Of a stretch of 64,000 bases of DNA, positions 50,281-63,957 are shown piece after piece. Both the position numbers and the translations under genes were made by a program. The stretch's first letter is position 1. Every line of letters begins with the position of its first letter. The DNA is from Octopus vulgaris (taxonomy: Eukaryota): the NCBI GenBank assembly GCA_951406725.2, contig OX597820.1, positions 88,040,001 through 88,104,000 on the forward strand. Direction: 5' to 3'. The notes beneath the pieces are model-generated. The model was not told the origin of the DNA. It ran no database searches and saw only the letters and a program-made list of their open reading frames with translations.

Positions 50281-50693
50281 ATGTGTGTGTGTGTGTGTAT
50301 GTCTGTGTGTGTGTGTGTATGTGTGTGTTTGTATGACTGTATACACTTCTTGATAATGCTGAGATAAAATATCATTTAATAACAAAGTATTACAGTAAAT
50401 ATTTCGACTAAACAAAGAAATCCATGGATATAAGGGAAAAAACAAAATCAAATAAAAAAACAGAAAGAAACAAAAGACTAACAAAAATATCCTGCACTTG
50501 TTCATATCCAGAGTATTGTGTGAATGTGTGTTTGTGTATGTGTTTGTGTGTGTGCGTGTGTGTGTTGTGTTCGCGCACCTGTATATATGTATGCTTACAC
50601 ATATGTATGTATCTATGTATGTGTATGTATGCATGTGTGTATGTATGCATGTATATATGTATATGTGCATGTATATATGTATATGTATATATG

Positions 50694-50727
<34 letters not shown>

Positions 50728-50998
50728 TGTATGCATGTAAGTGTGCATATATGCATGTATGTATGCGTGCATGTTTGCATGTGTGCATGTATGTTTATGT
50801 ATGCGTGTATGTTTGTATGCCTGTATGTATTTATGCATATACGCTTTTTCTTTTAGCCTTCTTAATCGCTCAGTCCTTTTCAGACCCTCACCTTATCCTA
50901 TCACTTCGACAACCACTACCCTATTCGAGTGGATGCTCTATTCTTTGAGATGCGAAATTTTCTCACAGATCAGCTGAAGCACATAACAGCGGTGGCGA

Positions 50999-51260
50999 AA
51001 CCTAACCTTAATCATAAACCTTAACCCTTATCTTAAACCCTAACTTTAAACACAAACCCTAAACACTAGCCCTAACCCTAAAACCTAACTAATCCTAAGC
51101 CTTAACCCTAAACCTTAAACTTAAGCCTGACCTAAACACTAGCATTAAGCCTTAACGCTAAACACTAATCAGAAACCTTAAACCTAACCGGATTCTTAAA
51201 CCCAACCTAACCTTGACCCTAAGTCCTAGCCCTCAACCCTTATACTCAAATCCTAACCCA
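50999..51260. repeat. Degenerate interstitial telomere-like (CCCTAA)n tract
   Basis: About 260 bp of 6-mer variants: CCTAAC, CCCTAA, CCTTAA, CCTAGC. Confidence 0.8.
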
Positions 51261-51360
51261 GATCAGATTATTTCACAGCATAAACTACGAATACTCGAAA
51301 CCTGCCAACTAAGGATATACTTATGCGACAAAAGCTGCATTTCAAAAACTTTCTAGTCTA

Positions 51361-52232
51361 CGAGGGGGTACCCAAAAGAAACCGGAATTTTCCAATTTTA
51401 TTTTATTCACTTAGATTTACATGTTTGCACTTTTATCACCTTCAACTTATTCTCCATCTAAAGCAAAGCATCGGTCCAGACACGTTTTCCATTATTCGAA
51501 GTAGTCTTGGAACTCTTGAGAAGTGATGTTTTTTAACGCTTCTGTCGTTTTTTTTCTTCATCTCTTCCACATCTGCAAATTCCGTAGCACCAGCTTTCAA
51601 TCAGCAGTGATGACTTTCGAAAAAATGCCCGGATCAACTTCCAACTCTTCTTTCAGTTCACGACACGCATTCAGTCGTGACTGCTTTTGATCTTCCGTGA
51701 GCAAGCAAGGCGCAAATTTCGCTGCAACTCCTTTCATTCGCAATTCCTCGCTCAAAATTCGTTGGCAGGAACTCCAGGACACACCATTCATATCAAAAAG
51801 TTCGACAATTGTTCGGCGACCGTCCTCCAAGATCAGTTCATGAATATTCGTGATATTTCATTCGTTCTGGAGGGCGATGGTCGCCTTGAACGAGATTGGT
51901 ATTCAAACGACGTGTGACCATTCCTAAAGCGTGAAAAACCACTCGTAAACTTGTGTTTTGCTCATGGTCCTCGAAAGTTGTTTGAAGCATGACAACTGTT
52001 TTGGCCACCGTTTTCCCCAGCCGAAAACAGAATTTCACGGAATCATACTGTTCCTTCGTTTCAGCTGTCGCAAAACAAAGACGCACCGCGTGGCAGAAAG
52101 ACGTTAGTCGACGGCGCCGGTCGATAGACTGATGCTTGAGGTCGCATCAAGTGGCTTCTAGCGGCGAAAGTCTGAACTACAACTGACTTGCCCCACAGGC
52201 AACATTTCCGGTTGCTTTTAGGTACATCCTTG
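51361..52232 (-). mobile_element. mariner transposon, internally deleted
   Basis: TA-flanked TIRs CGAGGGGGTACCCAAAAGAACCGGAA / TTCCGGTTGCTTTTAGGTACATCCTTG; EQYDSVKFCFRLGKT, AAKFAPCLLT, KVITAD. Confidence 0.9.
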
Positions 52233-52243
52233 TACATAGTTCT

Positions 52244-52640
52244 TCAGATTTTAGGGCTCATGTTTCCGTGATATACATTTCGGTTGGGAAAATAAAAGTG
52301 TTGTACAATCGCTGTTGGCTGATATCCACATGCTGGAGCGACATGTCTTTGCACATCTTCAAATCTATTTGGAACTAGTTTCCCTAGAAACAAAAACTCT
52401 GAAGTATATTCTACATTAGATTCTTCCAGAATTAACATTTCTTTGGTAGGTGTTACGATCTTGCAGTTCACACCATTTATTTTTATACCCTCCATTCTTT
52501 ACATGCTTTCTTTGTACTTTTCATTGGATACATTCAATTTCTCAAAAATCATGAATATTAGGATCATGTCGTTTGCATATCCAATGTTTATAGTGCAATG
52601 AAAGTATATTATATCAGAATCTTTCAATGATTTCGTAACA
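52244..52640 (-). mobile_element. Decayed RTE-like reverse transcriptase fragment
   Basis: NIGYANDM, GIKIN..TKEM, EFLFLG. Confidence 0.5.
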
Positions 52641-52650
52641 AATTCCATAT

Positions 52651-52733
<83 letters not shown>

Positions 52734-52764
52734 CATACACACATGTATGTGTGTGTAGGGGGGT

Positions 52765-52947
52765 CAGAAGCTTGCTTCCCAAGCATACATGGTTCCGGGT
52801 TCAGTCCCACTGCGTGGTACGTTGAGCAACTGTCTTCTACTATACCCACGGGCCGACCAAAGCCTTGTGACTGGATTTGGTAGACGGAAACTAAGAAAAG
52901 CTCGTCGTAGATATGTATATATATACATACACGTGCATACATACATG

Positions 52948-53013
<66 letters not shown>

Positions 53014-53250
53014 TGGGTGTGTGTCTGTCTGTGTTTGTCTCCCCATCGCCGCTTGACAACCGGTGCTAGTGTGATTGCGTCCCCCATAAATTAGCGAATC
53101 GGCAAAAGACCTCCCCCCCGCCCGATAGAATAAATACCAGATTTTTAAAAAATATAAATACTAGGGCGATTCATTTGACTAAAAATTTAAGGCGGTGCCC
53201 TAACATGGCCGCTGTCTAATGACTGAAACAAGTAAAAGAATAAAAGAATA
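52765..53250 (+). mobile_element. SINE family A
   Basis: Body and tail match the 24390 copy; long internal (TA)n. Confidence 0.88.
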
Positions 53251-53854
53251 TAGATAGGTTAAAGTAGAAAAGAAAGGCAAACAATTTTGTTGGCAAGGTT
53301 TGACAGAGACATTTAATTTATTGTAGTTATATAATGAAAGGTAGAGATAGGCTCTGCCAGCTGTTTCTGGGATGTTCCAGCTTTTGGAACATCGTGTGGA
53401 ACGATGAATATGTGTGGCCGACTGCCGGAGTATGTCATTTGTTTATCAAATGTTCAAGACACATTTTGTTTCGGCAACAATGCAGTGTTCTGGTTGACTG
53501 AGTGCCGAGGGGACCTCAATTGTTTGTCAACTCCTTTGATCACTTGTTTTTGTCCAGTGCTCTGGTTGGTTGATTTTCTGAGTCCGTCATTTGTCTTACA
53601 AATGTCTTGATCACTCTTGTCAGTCAAAAGCAAGTGAGGTCGTTGATTTAATAATCACTGAGGACTTAAACCCATATCTTAAGACCTACACATACAAAGT
53701 AATCTCGGCTTAAAACAGTTCAAATTTTATCGTTCCTGTTGACTGATTTCCTTAAAGTATTGTTTTTTTATGTCACGGTCGGCTGAACGTTTCAAAGCAT
53801 CATTTGTTTCTCTTTTTGGTGTATGGGTGAGTGGGGTCATTTATGATCAAAATC

Positions 53855-54098
53855 GGACCTTTAATTCGTCTGCCGAACTGCTAAGTTACAGGGACGCAAG
53901 CGGTTATCTCTCTCTTTCACACACACATACGTACACGTACACGATGGGGTTCTTTCAGTTTCTGTCTAAAACATTCACTCACATGGCCTTGGTCAGTCGA
54001 GGGCTATAATAGAAGACCCTTGCCCAAGGTCCCTCGCAATGGGACTGAACTCAGAACCATGTTGAGAAGAAAACTTCTTACTAGACAACCATGCACGT
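53855..54098 (-). mobile_element. Old SINE family A fragment
   Basis: GAAGACCCTTGCCCAAGG..GGGACTGAAC. Confidence 0.75.
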
Positions 54099-54685
54099 GG
54101 CAATGCTTTACATATGCTCAGATACGTTTAGGATCGATGTAGCTGGAAGTGGGTAGATACCTTTAAAGATGGATCCAGATGGTGCAAATAAGCTGACCTC
54201 TTCTACTGGACAAATCTTTTGTGGCACTGAGAAAGGTACGAAAGCGAGTGTTTGGTAACATAAAAATCCAAATTGCCCGTTCAAAATCTAATATGTGTCT
54301 GTTCTGGAATGCAGTAGCTATGAGTGACCTTAGCCTCTCTCTATGTCTCTTGGTATCACACAGCAAGCTGGAGTACAACCAACTGTCATATTATCTGCAA
54401 TGGTTTACCCTATTCTTCTCGTTTGATTATATCCAGCTGTTTAGAATATATAGATTAGGACTGGGACCCTCATTGTAAATCACACCAAGAGACCTCCTAT
54501 ATGGAGGTGAGTTTAACTCCAAGGAGCCGACTGAAATAGTTACAAACACAATTTTAAAACACCATTCTTTTAATTATTGTTGTATTTCGGGACGGTCATT
54601 TTTTTGCCTAATAAACACACGAACAATATATTTTTACTTCACTCGTTTATTACTGTTCTTATTTTATTATTTTAACTCATGTTCA

Positions 54686-54735
54686 TTGTCCTGAAATTTT
54701 TCGTCACACATCTGTGACTTCTTCAGCGATACTTT
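54686..54735 (-). ncRNA. Degenerate type I hammerhead-like motif
   Basis: Minus strand CTGAAGA-A-GTCACA-GATG-TGTGAC-GAAA-AAATTTC: perfect 6-bp helix II; helix I unpaired. Confidence 0.5.
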
Positions 54736-54818
54736 TCATTTTCGTTTGTTCTTGCTCCACTTACTCCATTCTGTTCTTCTAAGATGTGTAACCTTATGTG
54801 CGCAGGCTTTTGTGCCCT

Positions 54819-54892
<74 letters not shown>

Positions 54893-56509
54893 TGTGTGTG
54901 TATCATAGTTTTTAGCAGCAGTGTGGCCTTCCCCTCAGCCTCAGCCTCTCACCACATTGTGCTGCTGCTGTCCTAAGACTCGAAAATATGGTACAGTTCC
55001 TGTATTTCCTCTATGTATGTGTGTTCGCTCATGGTGTTGCCACCGTGGTAGTTGTTGTTGTTGTTGTTGTTATTGCCATCGCTGTCACCGCCGATGCTGC
55101 TGTCATTGTTAATCGTGTTGTTGAGATTGTTGCTGCCGTCCATGAAATTGTCTGTGTGCATATGGGTTCGCTTCGTACAACAGCTGTATAATCTAAATGG
55201 AATTCTTCGAGCAAATATTTCGGTTGATTGAACAACTAAATAGCCAAGTCGAAACCGACGGAGACCCGTATACTTGGCTATTATAGTACATTGTAATTTA
55301 TTTTTAAAGATAATCAATATCATATGATGAAATTCAAAGAGATTATTAAACCCCAGTAGAAAGAAGGAAGTATCTACAGATGAATTTTACTTCAAGGATA
55401 TGAATACCTCTTAAAGGGATGTCAGCACCCAAGCAATAATGAAAATTAGGAATAAATGTTTTTAATTACAATTAGCTATATCAGTAATATCGTTTAGGCC
55501 ACCTAACGGCTCCATTGTTTTCCAGCACATTTATACACGCATGCGCAAAAATACATTAAGTAATAATGAAGCAAAATTACATAAACACAAGTAACGGTTT
55601 TTTTAATACATTAGAATGCACAATTTTATTTTATTTTATCTAGTTTCAGCTCACGAGCTGTGGCCATGCTGGGGCACCGCCATTTGCTGGGACACTTCTG
55701 AATTTAATGCCAAATCTACCAACGATCAATGAACACATTGTCATGTAGTTCCTTTTTTGTATCTAGTTATGACCCTGGCGAAATGTTCAATTAACTATAT
55801 TCAACATGAATCTTTAATTTAAGGCCTGAAATTTGTGGGTAGGGGGCCAGTTGATTAGCTGATATGTTTGTCTGTGTTTTTGTTTAGTCCAAAGTTGCCT
55901 CTGATGTGGCAGACCCATCGCATAGTTGTCTTTAAAAAATTTTATTTCTTCCTGAAATATTGTAAATCTATGTCTTTCTTTTGACGAAAGGGTGTGTTCT
56001 AAGAGAGATTTGGCTACTATTTGTAATAGCACAAATTACCACAGAGACACCTCTGTGTGTGTGCTTTGTTGTGGTGAAAAAATACATTTTCTCAAAATAT
56101 TTTGCACAATAATTTTTAAAGAAATCTGGATATCTTTTTACTGCTAACCATTCAACTTCAAATTACCATTGTTCATTATTGGAAGTCAATTAGACTGAGA
56201 TGTACAAATAGTGTTATCGAGCGAAAATTCAATACAAAGTTTTGAACTCATTATCTTGTGGTGAGTAGTCCATTACCTTAAATTTGAAGCCATTAACTCT
56301 TTGAACATTATTTTACTGGGTTTAGTCTTTCGACTGTCGCCATGATGAGGTATCACCTTCAAAAATTTAATTGATCATACTGACCTCAGTACATATTTCA
56401 AGCGGGCATTTATTTTATAGATCCCTGCTTGATGAACTGCTAATTTTGAGACATAATGGGACACAATACTCGATTTAACAATTGTAAACACATACACACA
56501 CATATTACG

Positions 56510-56657
56510 TACAAGAATGACTGTGTGGTCAAGAAGTTTGCTTCTCAACCACATAGTTCCACGTTCAATCCCTCTGCATGGTACCTTGGGCAAGTGTTTT
56601 CAACTAGAGCCTTAAACCAACCACAGACTTGTGACTGAATTTGGTAGACGGAAACTG
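56510..56657 (+). mobile_element. SINE family A, 5' fragment
   Basis: GGTACCTTGGGCAAGTG..TTTGGTAGACGGAAACTG. Confidence 0.78.
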
Positions 56658-56787
56658 CAGCGTTGTTCATCAGAAAATTATCGAAAAACTTGTTTATAAT
56701 GAAGAGTTGTTTGCTTCATACGCATCGTATGCCGATTCTGCCCTTAAGAAAGGAACAAATAATACAAAGTGGCTGTAGGTCATAACA

Positions 56788-56816
56788 CCCGGGCAACGCC
56801 GGGATGCATTGCTAGT
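56788..56816 (+). mobile_element. Helitron-type 3' terminus
   Basis: GC-rich hairpin CCCGG-GCAACG-CCGGG, an 8-nt spacer, then CTAG followed by T. Confidence 0.65.
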
Positions 56817-57084
56817 AATTGATATAAAATGGTTAAACAGCCATTTTGTGTGTGTATGTGGCAACATGTGAAAACACTGGTTCTGACGTGTCTACGGGCT
56901 GACGGAGTAAAATGACGGCATAAAATTTCATTGCTACTATCGGAAATTACTGCTCTGCTTTACAAGTTTTCGCTTTACGAGCGATCTCAGGGAACAAATT
57001 AAGTCGTATATCGTGGCATTATTGTGTGTGTGTGTGTGTGTGTTTATGTTCAGTTATAATAAAGGTAATTTCACATAGAAAAAG

Positions 57085-57085
<1 letters not shown>

Positions 57086-57116
<31 letters not shown>

Positions 57117-57244
57117 CGACAGACAGATAGATAGACAGACAGACAGATAGATAGACAAAGAGACAGACAGAGAGACAGACAGGCAGACAGACAAACAGAG
57201 AGACAGACAGGCAGATAGACAAACAGAGAGACAGGCAGACAGAC

Positions 57245-57287
<43 letters not shown>

Positions 57288-57288
57288 C

Positions 57289-57320
<32 letters not shown>

Positions 57321-57325
57321 CGATC

Positions 57326-57401
<76 letters not shown>
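57086..57401. repeat. (GATA)n/(GACA)n compound microsatellite
   Basis: Direct reading. Confidence 0.95.
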
Positions 57402-57403
<2 letters not shown>

Positions 57404-57529
57404 AAATGATGAAAGTGGTGGGAAGGCAGGAAGATGGCGGTCCCTTCTTTTCAAGAAGTGGCCGCTTATAGCTTCTTGTCTCATCATACCCGCTTCGACC
57501 TCGCGGACCTAATACAATTTCCATGATTT

Positions 57530-57815
57530 GATCATTTTTGTCGAGCCACTAATTTACAGAGACGTAAACACACCGACACCGGTTGTCTAGCGGACGTGAC
57601 CCTGGGGAAGAAGCACAAAGGCATACACACACATGGATATATCTATACATATCTGACGGTCTTCTTTCAGTTTCCGCCTACCAAATCCATTCAGAAGACT
57701 TTGGTCGGTGTGAAGCTATAGCAGACGACACATGCCTAAGGTATCTCTCGGTGGGACTGAACTCGAAACCATGTGGTTGGGAAGCAAACTTCTTATCACA
57801 CAGCCACGCCTGCGA
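57530..57815 (-). mobile_element. Old SINE family A
   Basis: CTTCTTTCAGTTTCCGCCTACCAAATCC..CACAGCCACGCCTGCG. Confidence 0.8.
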
Positions 57816-57859
57816 CTATAATATATGCATGTGTATGTGTGTGTGTGTGTGTGTGTGTT

Positions 57860-58213
57860 TATGTATGTATGTACGTATGTATGTATGCACTTATGTACGT
57901 ATGTATGTATGTATGTATGTATGTATGTATGTATGTATGTATGTATGTATGTATGTATGTATGTATGTATCTATGTATGTATGTATCTATGTATGTATGC
58001 ACTTATGTACGCATGTATGAATGTACGTACGTATGTATGTATGTATGTACGAATGTATGTATGTATATATGTACGTATGTATGTATGTATGTATGTATGT
58101 ATGTATGTATGTAGTATGTATGTACGTATGTATGTATGTATGTATGTATGTATGTATGTATGTTGTATGTATGTATGTATGTATGTATGTATGTATGTAT
58201 GTATGTATGTATG

Positions 58214-58247
<34 letters not shown>

Positions 58248-58427
58248 TGTATGTATGTATGTATGTATGTATGTATGTATGTATGTATATGAATTCACTT
58301 ACGTACGTATGTATGAATGTATATACGTATGTACGTATGTATGTATGTATGTATGTATGTATGTATGTATGTATGTATGTATGAATTCAATTACGCACGT
58401 ATGTATGAATGTATATACGTATGTATG

Positions 58428-58461
<34 letters not shown>

Positions 58462-58510
58462 TGTATGTATGTATGTGTGAATGTATGCACGTATGCATGT
58501 ATGTATGTAA
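57860..58510. repeat. Long interrupted (ATGT)n microsatellite
   Basis: Direct reading. Many other (TA)n, (CA)n, (ATGT)n, (TTC)n and (GGAT)n tracts in the window are not listed individually. Confidence 0.95.
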
Positions 58511-59133
58511 AATTCCACTAAAAGTATGTTCTATGTAAGTGACATACGAGACTGCAAGAATGCTTTTTATATTTTATTATTTTACTCAACTTTGAGCCGT
58601 TGTTAGAGGTGAATGGTATGTGTGGCGTGTTTTGTAATGTGCGGCTTGGTGGCTGGAAGAAGGTGACTTTTGATTGGAGAGGAACTAGGTGTGAGGGTAC
58701 AAACTGCACAGTTACGAGTGCTTAAATACATATAAATACAATAAAATACATACATATAGACAGGTAGATGGATACTTTAATGCCTTCGCTGCTCCAGAAC
58801 AGAAAGAGCATTGCAACCCTCAGGTACCAACAAAGTTGAAGCTCTTATCACATGCACACATGCATATGCACACATGCATATGCACACATGCACATGCACA
58901 CACACACACGCGCACATACACTCATACACAGGCATGCATATACGCACATGCCCTCATATACGCACGCACAGACTCGCTCATGTCGTCACTTTCCAAACGC
59001 GCGCACATTTTTTTATAATTTATATGTTGCCATGTATGTAGAGCCGAAAGGTATATCCAGATACATCATGAATACATGCCCAAACACAAACGAGCCTACA
59101 TATACACCTCCTTCCATACACACACACACACAC

Positions 59134-59225
<92 letters not shown>

Positions 59226-59315
59226 TATATGTATGTATGTATATGTGAATGTATGTATGTATGTGTGTACGAATGTATATAAGTATGTATGTATATGTGT
59301 ATGTATGTATGTATG

Positions 59316-59381
<66 letters not shown>

Positions 59382-59988
59382 TATATATATGTATGTATAT
59401 ATATATATATATACAGATGCACATATACATATGCTGCTCAGCAATACATCCCGACACACGGACACACGTATACATAAAATTCTGCAGAAAAAAGCGAAAG
59501 AGGAAGAGAACTCTATATTCAGTGTGTATATTTATATACCATCTAGGCGTCGACGTGCAGCTGTTTTTTTAAGCTAAACATCAAACGCACCAATCTAACC
59601 AGTCTCTGAGGGCCTACGAAGGTCATCGGCGCACGAAACGATTAAACACACAGAGACACACAGGCACACACACGCATACACACATACAGACACACTCACA
59701 CACATACACACACACACACACGTGTACACACACACGTGTACACACACACATACACACACACATACTAAGTAAAATGGGGAACTTAAGAGTGTTACTGATG
59801 ACATTGAAAATAAGGAGAAATTCTATTGAGTCACAAGCGAATAGTTACACAACGCACAGATATATACATACATACATACATACATACATACAAACATACA
59901 TACATACGTACGTACGCACATACATACATACATACATACATACATACATACATACATACATACATACATACACACATATATGTATATA

Positions 59989-60864
59989 CGAGGTCTGAAT
60001 AATAAGTATCCGGGCTGTTGCTATAGTAACAAAGCTAAAGCACGCAGAGTGAAGCCGCTTGGTAAAAATTGAGCTTGAACTCTGCCGTGCACGCGCATTA
60101 AATTTTAACGTTCTAACACACTTCTGCTGTTTACAGCAGTGCTTGGTAGGAAGGTGTGTAGCGTGCGATCGTTGCATTGACCATAAGAGAGAAAGTTGTC
60201 GTGACGATACCAGCTCAGAGCCCAACACTAAGTTGCAGACAGCGTATGGAGTGGAGTGTATGAGCCGCACAGATGTGTACGAGTGCCTCAGACGTTTCCA
60301 AGATGGCCGAAAAAATATCGATATTGAGGAACGTTCTGGGAGACCCGCACCCAGAAGGACTGAGAAAAATATCGCAAATGTACGTGCAAGTGTGAGGGAA
60401 AATCGCCGAATCACTATCCGTGAGCAATCAGAAGATGTGCAGATTAGTTACGGTTCAGTTCAGTCCATTATCACTGAAGATATGTGTATGAGGCGCGTGT
60501 CTGCTAAGTTTGTGCCAAAACTACTTTCAGATGACCAAGAAGACGCTCAGGTTTCAGTTGCTCAATATTTCCTTGATTGGGTCGGGAACTATGAAAATAT
60601 TTTGAAAACTTTGCATAGGCCGCTGAGCAGGTATCGCCAAGCTTTTGGCAAAACTTGAAGCAAATTCTCTGCTTAATTTCCCCTGTAATGGTCAATGTTA
60701 CGATCACACGCTACACACCTTTCTAAGCACTGCTGTAAACAGCGGAAATAAGCTAGAAGGTTAAAACTTAGTGCGCATACACAGCAGAGTCCAAGCGGCT
60801 TCACTCTGCGTGTTACAGCTTCGGTACTATGGCAACAGTCCGGATACATATTGATCAAACCACG
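59989..60864 (+). mobile_element. mariner derivative made of a 5' half plus an inverted second 5' end
   Basis: TA-flanked; + strand HTH region to RRVSAKFVPKLL; 60600-60864 on the minus strand is 5' UTR plus IKQRICFKFCQKLGDT. Confidence 0.9.
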
Positions 60865-60942
60865 TATATAATTTCAGGTGTATTATGTTAGGAACGTTGT
60901 ACAGTACAAAATAGTGCTCGTTCGCCCTTAGAATTACCAAAT

Positions 60943-61094
<152 letters not shown>

Positions 61095-61137
61095 CTATAT
61101 GTATATGTATATATGCATGCATGTATCTATGTATGTA

Positions 61138-62376
61138 CATAGACATGACAGAAGTAAACAGACAGCCCTATAATCATTAAAATTTATTTAAATTTGAAAT
61201 TATACATTCAAATTATTTATTAATTGTTATAATGTAAATACTTAATATTCGGTAGACATGCCCTTTGCATTTTCCAATGCAAGGACCCTTTTAGGCATGT
61301 TACTGATCAGATGCCGAATATTCTCTTGCGGAATTTCTTGCCAAGTTTCATGCAGTAATCTCAAAAGATCTGGCTTTGAAGATGCTTTCTTGTTATTTTT
61401 ATGAAGTGCCCTGTCCATTATGTTCCAGAGATGTTCAATAGGGTTCATATCTGGTGACTGGCTTGGCCGTGGAAGCTTTTTAATGCCATTCTCATCCAAC
61501 AAATCTTGGGTCATTTTAACCGTGTGTCAAGGAGCCCCATCTTCCATAAAGAGTCTTCTTTAATCATTTCACCACCAGAGAAGATTGTAAGGAGTCCTTT
61601 CTGCAATATGGACATATATTTATCTGAGTTTATGTTTCCCTTACTCGCCACCAGCTCTGATCAACCATTGCTCCAAATTGCTCTCCAGACCATCACAGAA
61701 TAGCTGCCCTGTTTCATTATTGGCTGCAATCGTTTCACATCAAATTCTTGATGGCAGAGTCTCCAGGCCGACACTCGACCACTGCCAGGAAATACAGCAA
61801 ATCTGGACTCATCAGAGAATATGACAGTGCCCCAAATGCTAGTGACCTCTCCATCATCTCACTGGCCCAATCTTTTCTCCGCTTGATGTTGGTTGGTTGA
61901 AGAAGTGGCTTCCTTCTTTATGTTTCGCCATAGTAACCTAGTTTGTGGAGATACCTGACAGCTGTTCTGAAACTGACATCAACTTGTACTACAATGTCAG
62001 AAGCCTTGCAACGGGGATTATCCTCCACATTTCTCTTAGCAAAGAGAAGGGTCCTGTCAGAGGACCCTGGTTGATCTGGGTGGGGTGATGTGGACTCCTT
62101 CTCCTCTCAGGGGAATTGCACAATCACTTTATTAACTATAGAAAGTGGGATCCCAAGGTTTTCTGCGATTGTACGCTATGTTTAACTTCAGAATGACCCA
62201 CAATACGGTCGCTTTGAAATTCAGACAGTTCCAAGGCTTCTTTTGTACATGACATGATTAAACGTCACATATAGAACCTTAAGCATAAAAATGTCAATTA
62301 ATAAAAAAGATAAACCTTTATAAGTTAGAATAAATATAAAACGATATTTTATGGGGTGTCTATTTACATGTCTGTG
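61138..62376 (-). mobile_element. Tc1-like (DD34E-type) transposon, decayed
   Basis: PSQSPDMNPIEHLW..MPKRVLALENAKGMSTEY* and TVIFSDESRF; TIRs CA(C/T)AGACATG..GTAAA(C/T)AGACA next to TA. Confidence 0.9.
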
Positions 62377-63957
62377 TATGTACGTCACTATTCAGTTTAT
62401 TTCAAGATTTCTTGAAAGAAACGGTTTCTAATCTAGAATCAAGATTCCTTCAGTGGAATTTCAACATTAACAACAGGGTATTTTTGTATGTATGTATGTA
62501 TGTATGTATGTATGTATGTATGTATGTATGTATGTATGTATGTATGTATGTATGTATGTATGTATGTGTGTATATATGTATGTATGTGTGCATGCATGTA
62601 ATAGTTTCATATTAAGTGAATATATTGCACAGCTCAAACGGTTACCTACAACTATCCTCTCGTCAGGTGAAGAGTAGTTGCTAGTGAATCGCTTTGAAAT
62701 TTGAGACGAAGAGCTTCGATTGTTAGGAATGTGGAGGGATGTGCCGTTTTCCTTTTTGAGAATTGTGTAAGTAGTTACGTCGTTGATGTACAATGAAATT
62801 ACCTGACTGTTTATCCCAGTGTTTCCTAACTTATTTTTCCCCAGGACCCCACTATAACTTTCCAGAAAAATGTATGCCCCACCGGTGGATGGAAAAAAGT
62901 ATAGGCTCAGCAAGGAGACCCAGGATTAGCCAAAAAGCAAGATGGATGGATAATATCCATATCTTTGTTGGTTACGTTCTGGAATCCAACCGGAAAATCT
63001 AATGACATTTGTTTCTGATAGGACTCTATGGAAGAGGTACCCGAGGACTCTACTCACACGACCCTCCCAAAAACGGTAGACGAAGATGGATGGATGAATG
63101 GATGGATGAATGGATGGATGGATGGATGGATGGATGGATGGATGGATGGATGGATGGATGGATGGATGGATGGATGGATGGAGTATTAAAAAATGTAGAG
63201 AAACCATTATTAAAAGATAAGATTTGCGGAAGACTGAGTCTTCAATGACGCTTATACCATATTGAAAGTTTAATATAAACAAAATACTGCGTGTAATTGA
63301 AAGGTATCAATTGTCTCGGCTAGATAGAAAGGTAGGCGGAGAAAGTTACTTTTGTCGTTATTGTTATTTAACCCTAGGTCAACCGTATTTAAGTAGATCA
63401 CTGTTTATGATCAAAGATATTCCAGCTAGGTCCTAACTGTATAGAAACAGAACTATATTATCCAGTGTATCCTCCATTAGAAAAGATGTTAGAGAAAGAT
63501 ATAATGGAGATTTGGGCTGCTATTTCTAGTAAGTCAAGCAACTGTGTTGAGGCTACTTCATTGACTCAGAGAAGAGTAAAGGTCAAAGCAAAATTGGATA
63601 TCGAAACCACAAATTCAAAGATGAGCAGTGGTAGGTGTTATTACTATTATACAGCGTTGGTGCAGAGAAAATCCAACAAATCGATAAAAACCTGTGACCT
63701 CCACCCTACAGCAAAAAGTGGAAAGCTCTTGTCTCGCCTAGGTAATGTTGATGTATGTTATTGTTGCGATGGTGTAGCCCCACATCAACTTCGATTGAAC
63801 TTTCCAGGCGTGACTCAAGAACATGTTGCTTTTGCCTAGCTTAGAGGCTTAATGCATACACCGACTTGAAATGGTTGCTCTTAAAAGGAATAGTGTGAAA
63901 CAGTCTAGACATGTATTCTGAGAGGTAACATCGATCTCCACTAAAGTAACGAGTCGT

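Noticed and set aside
50999-51260. A true telomere
   Set aside because: Internal, short and highly degenerate.
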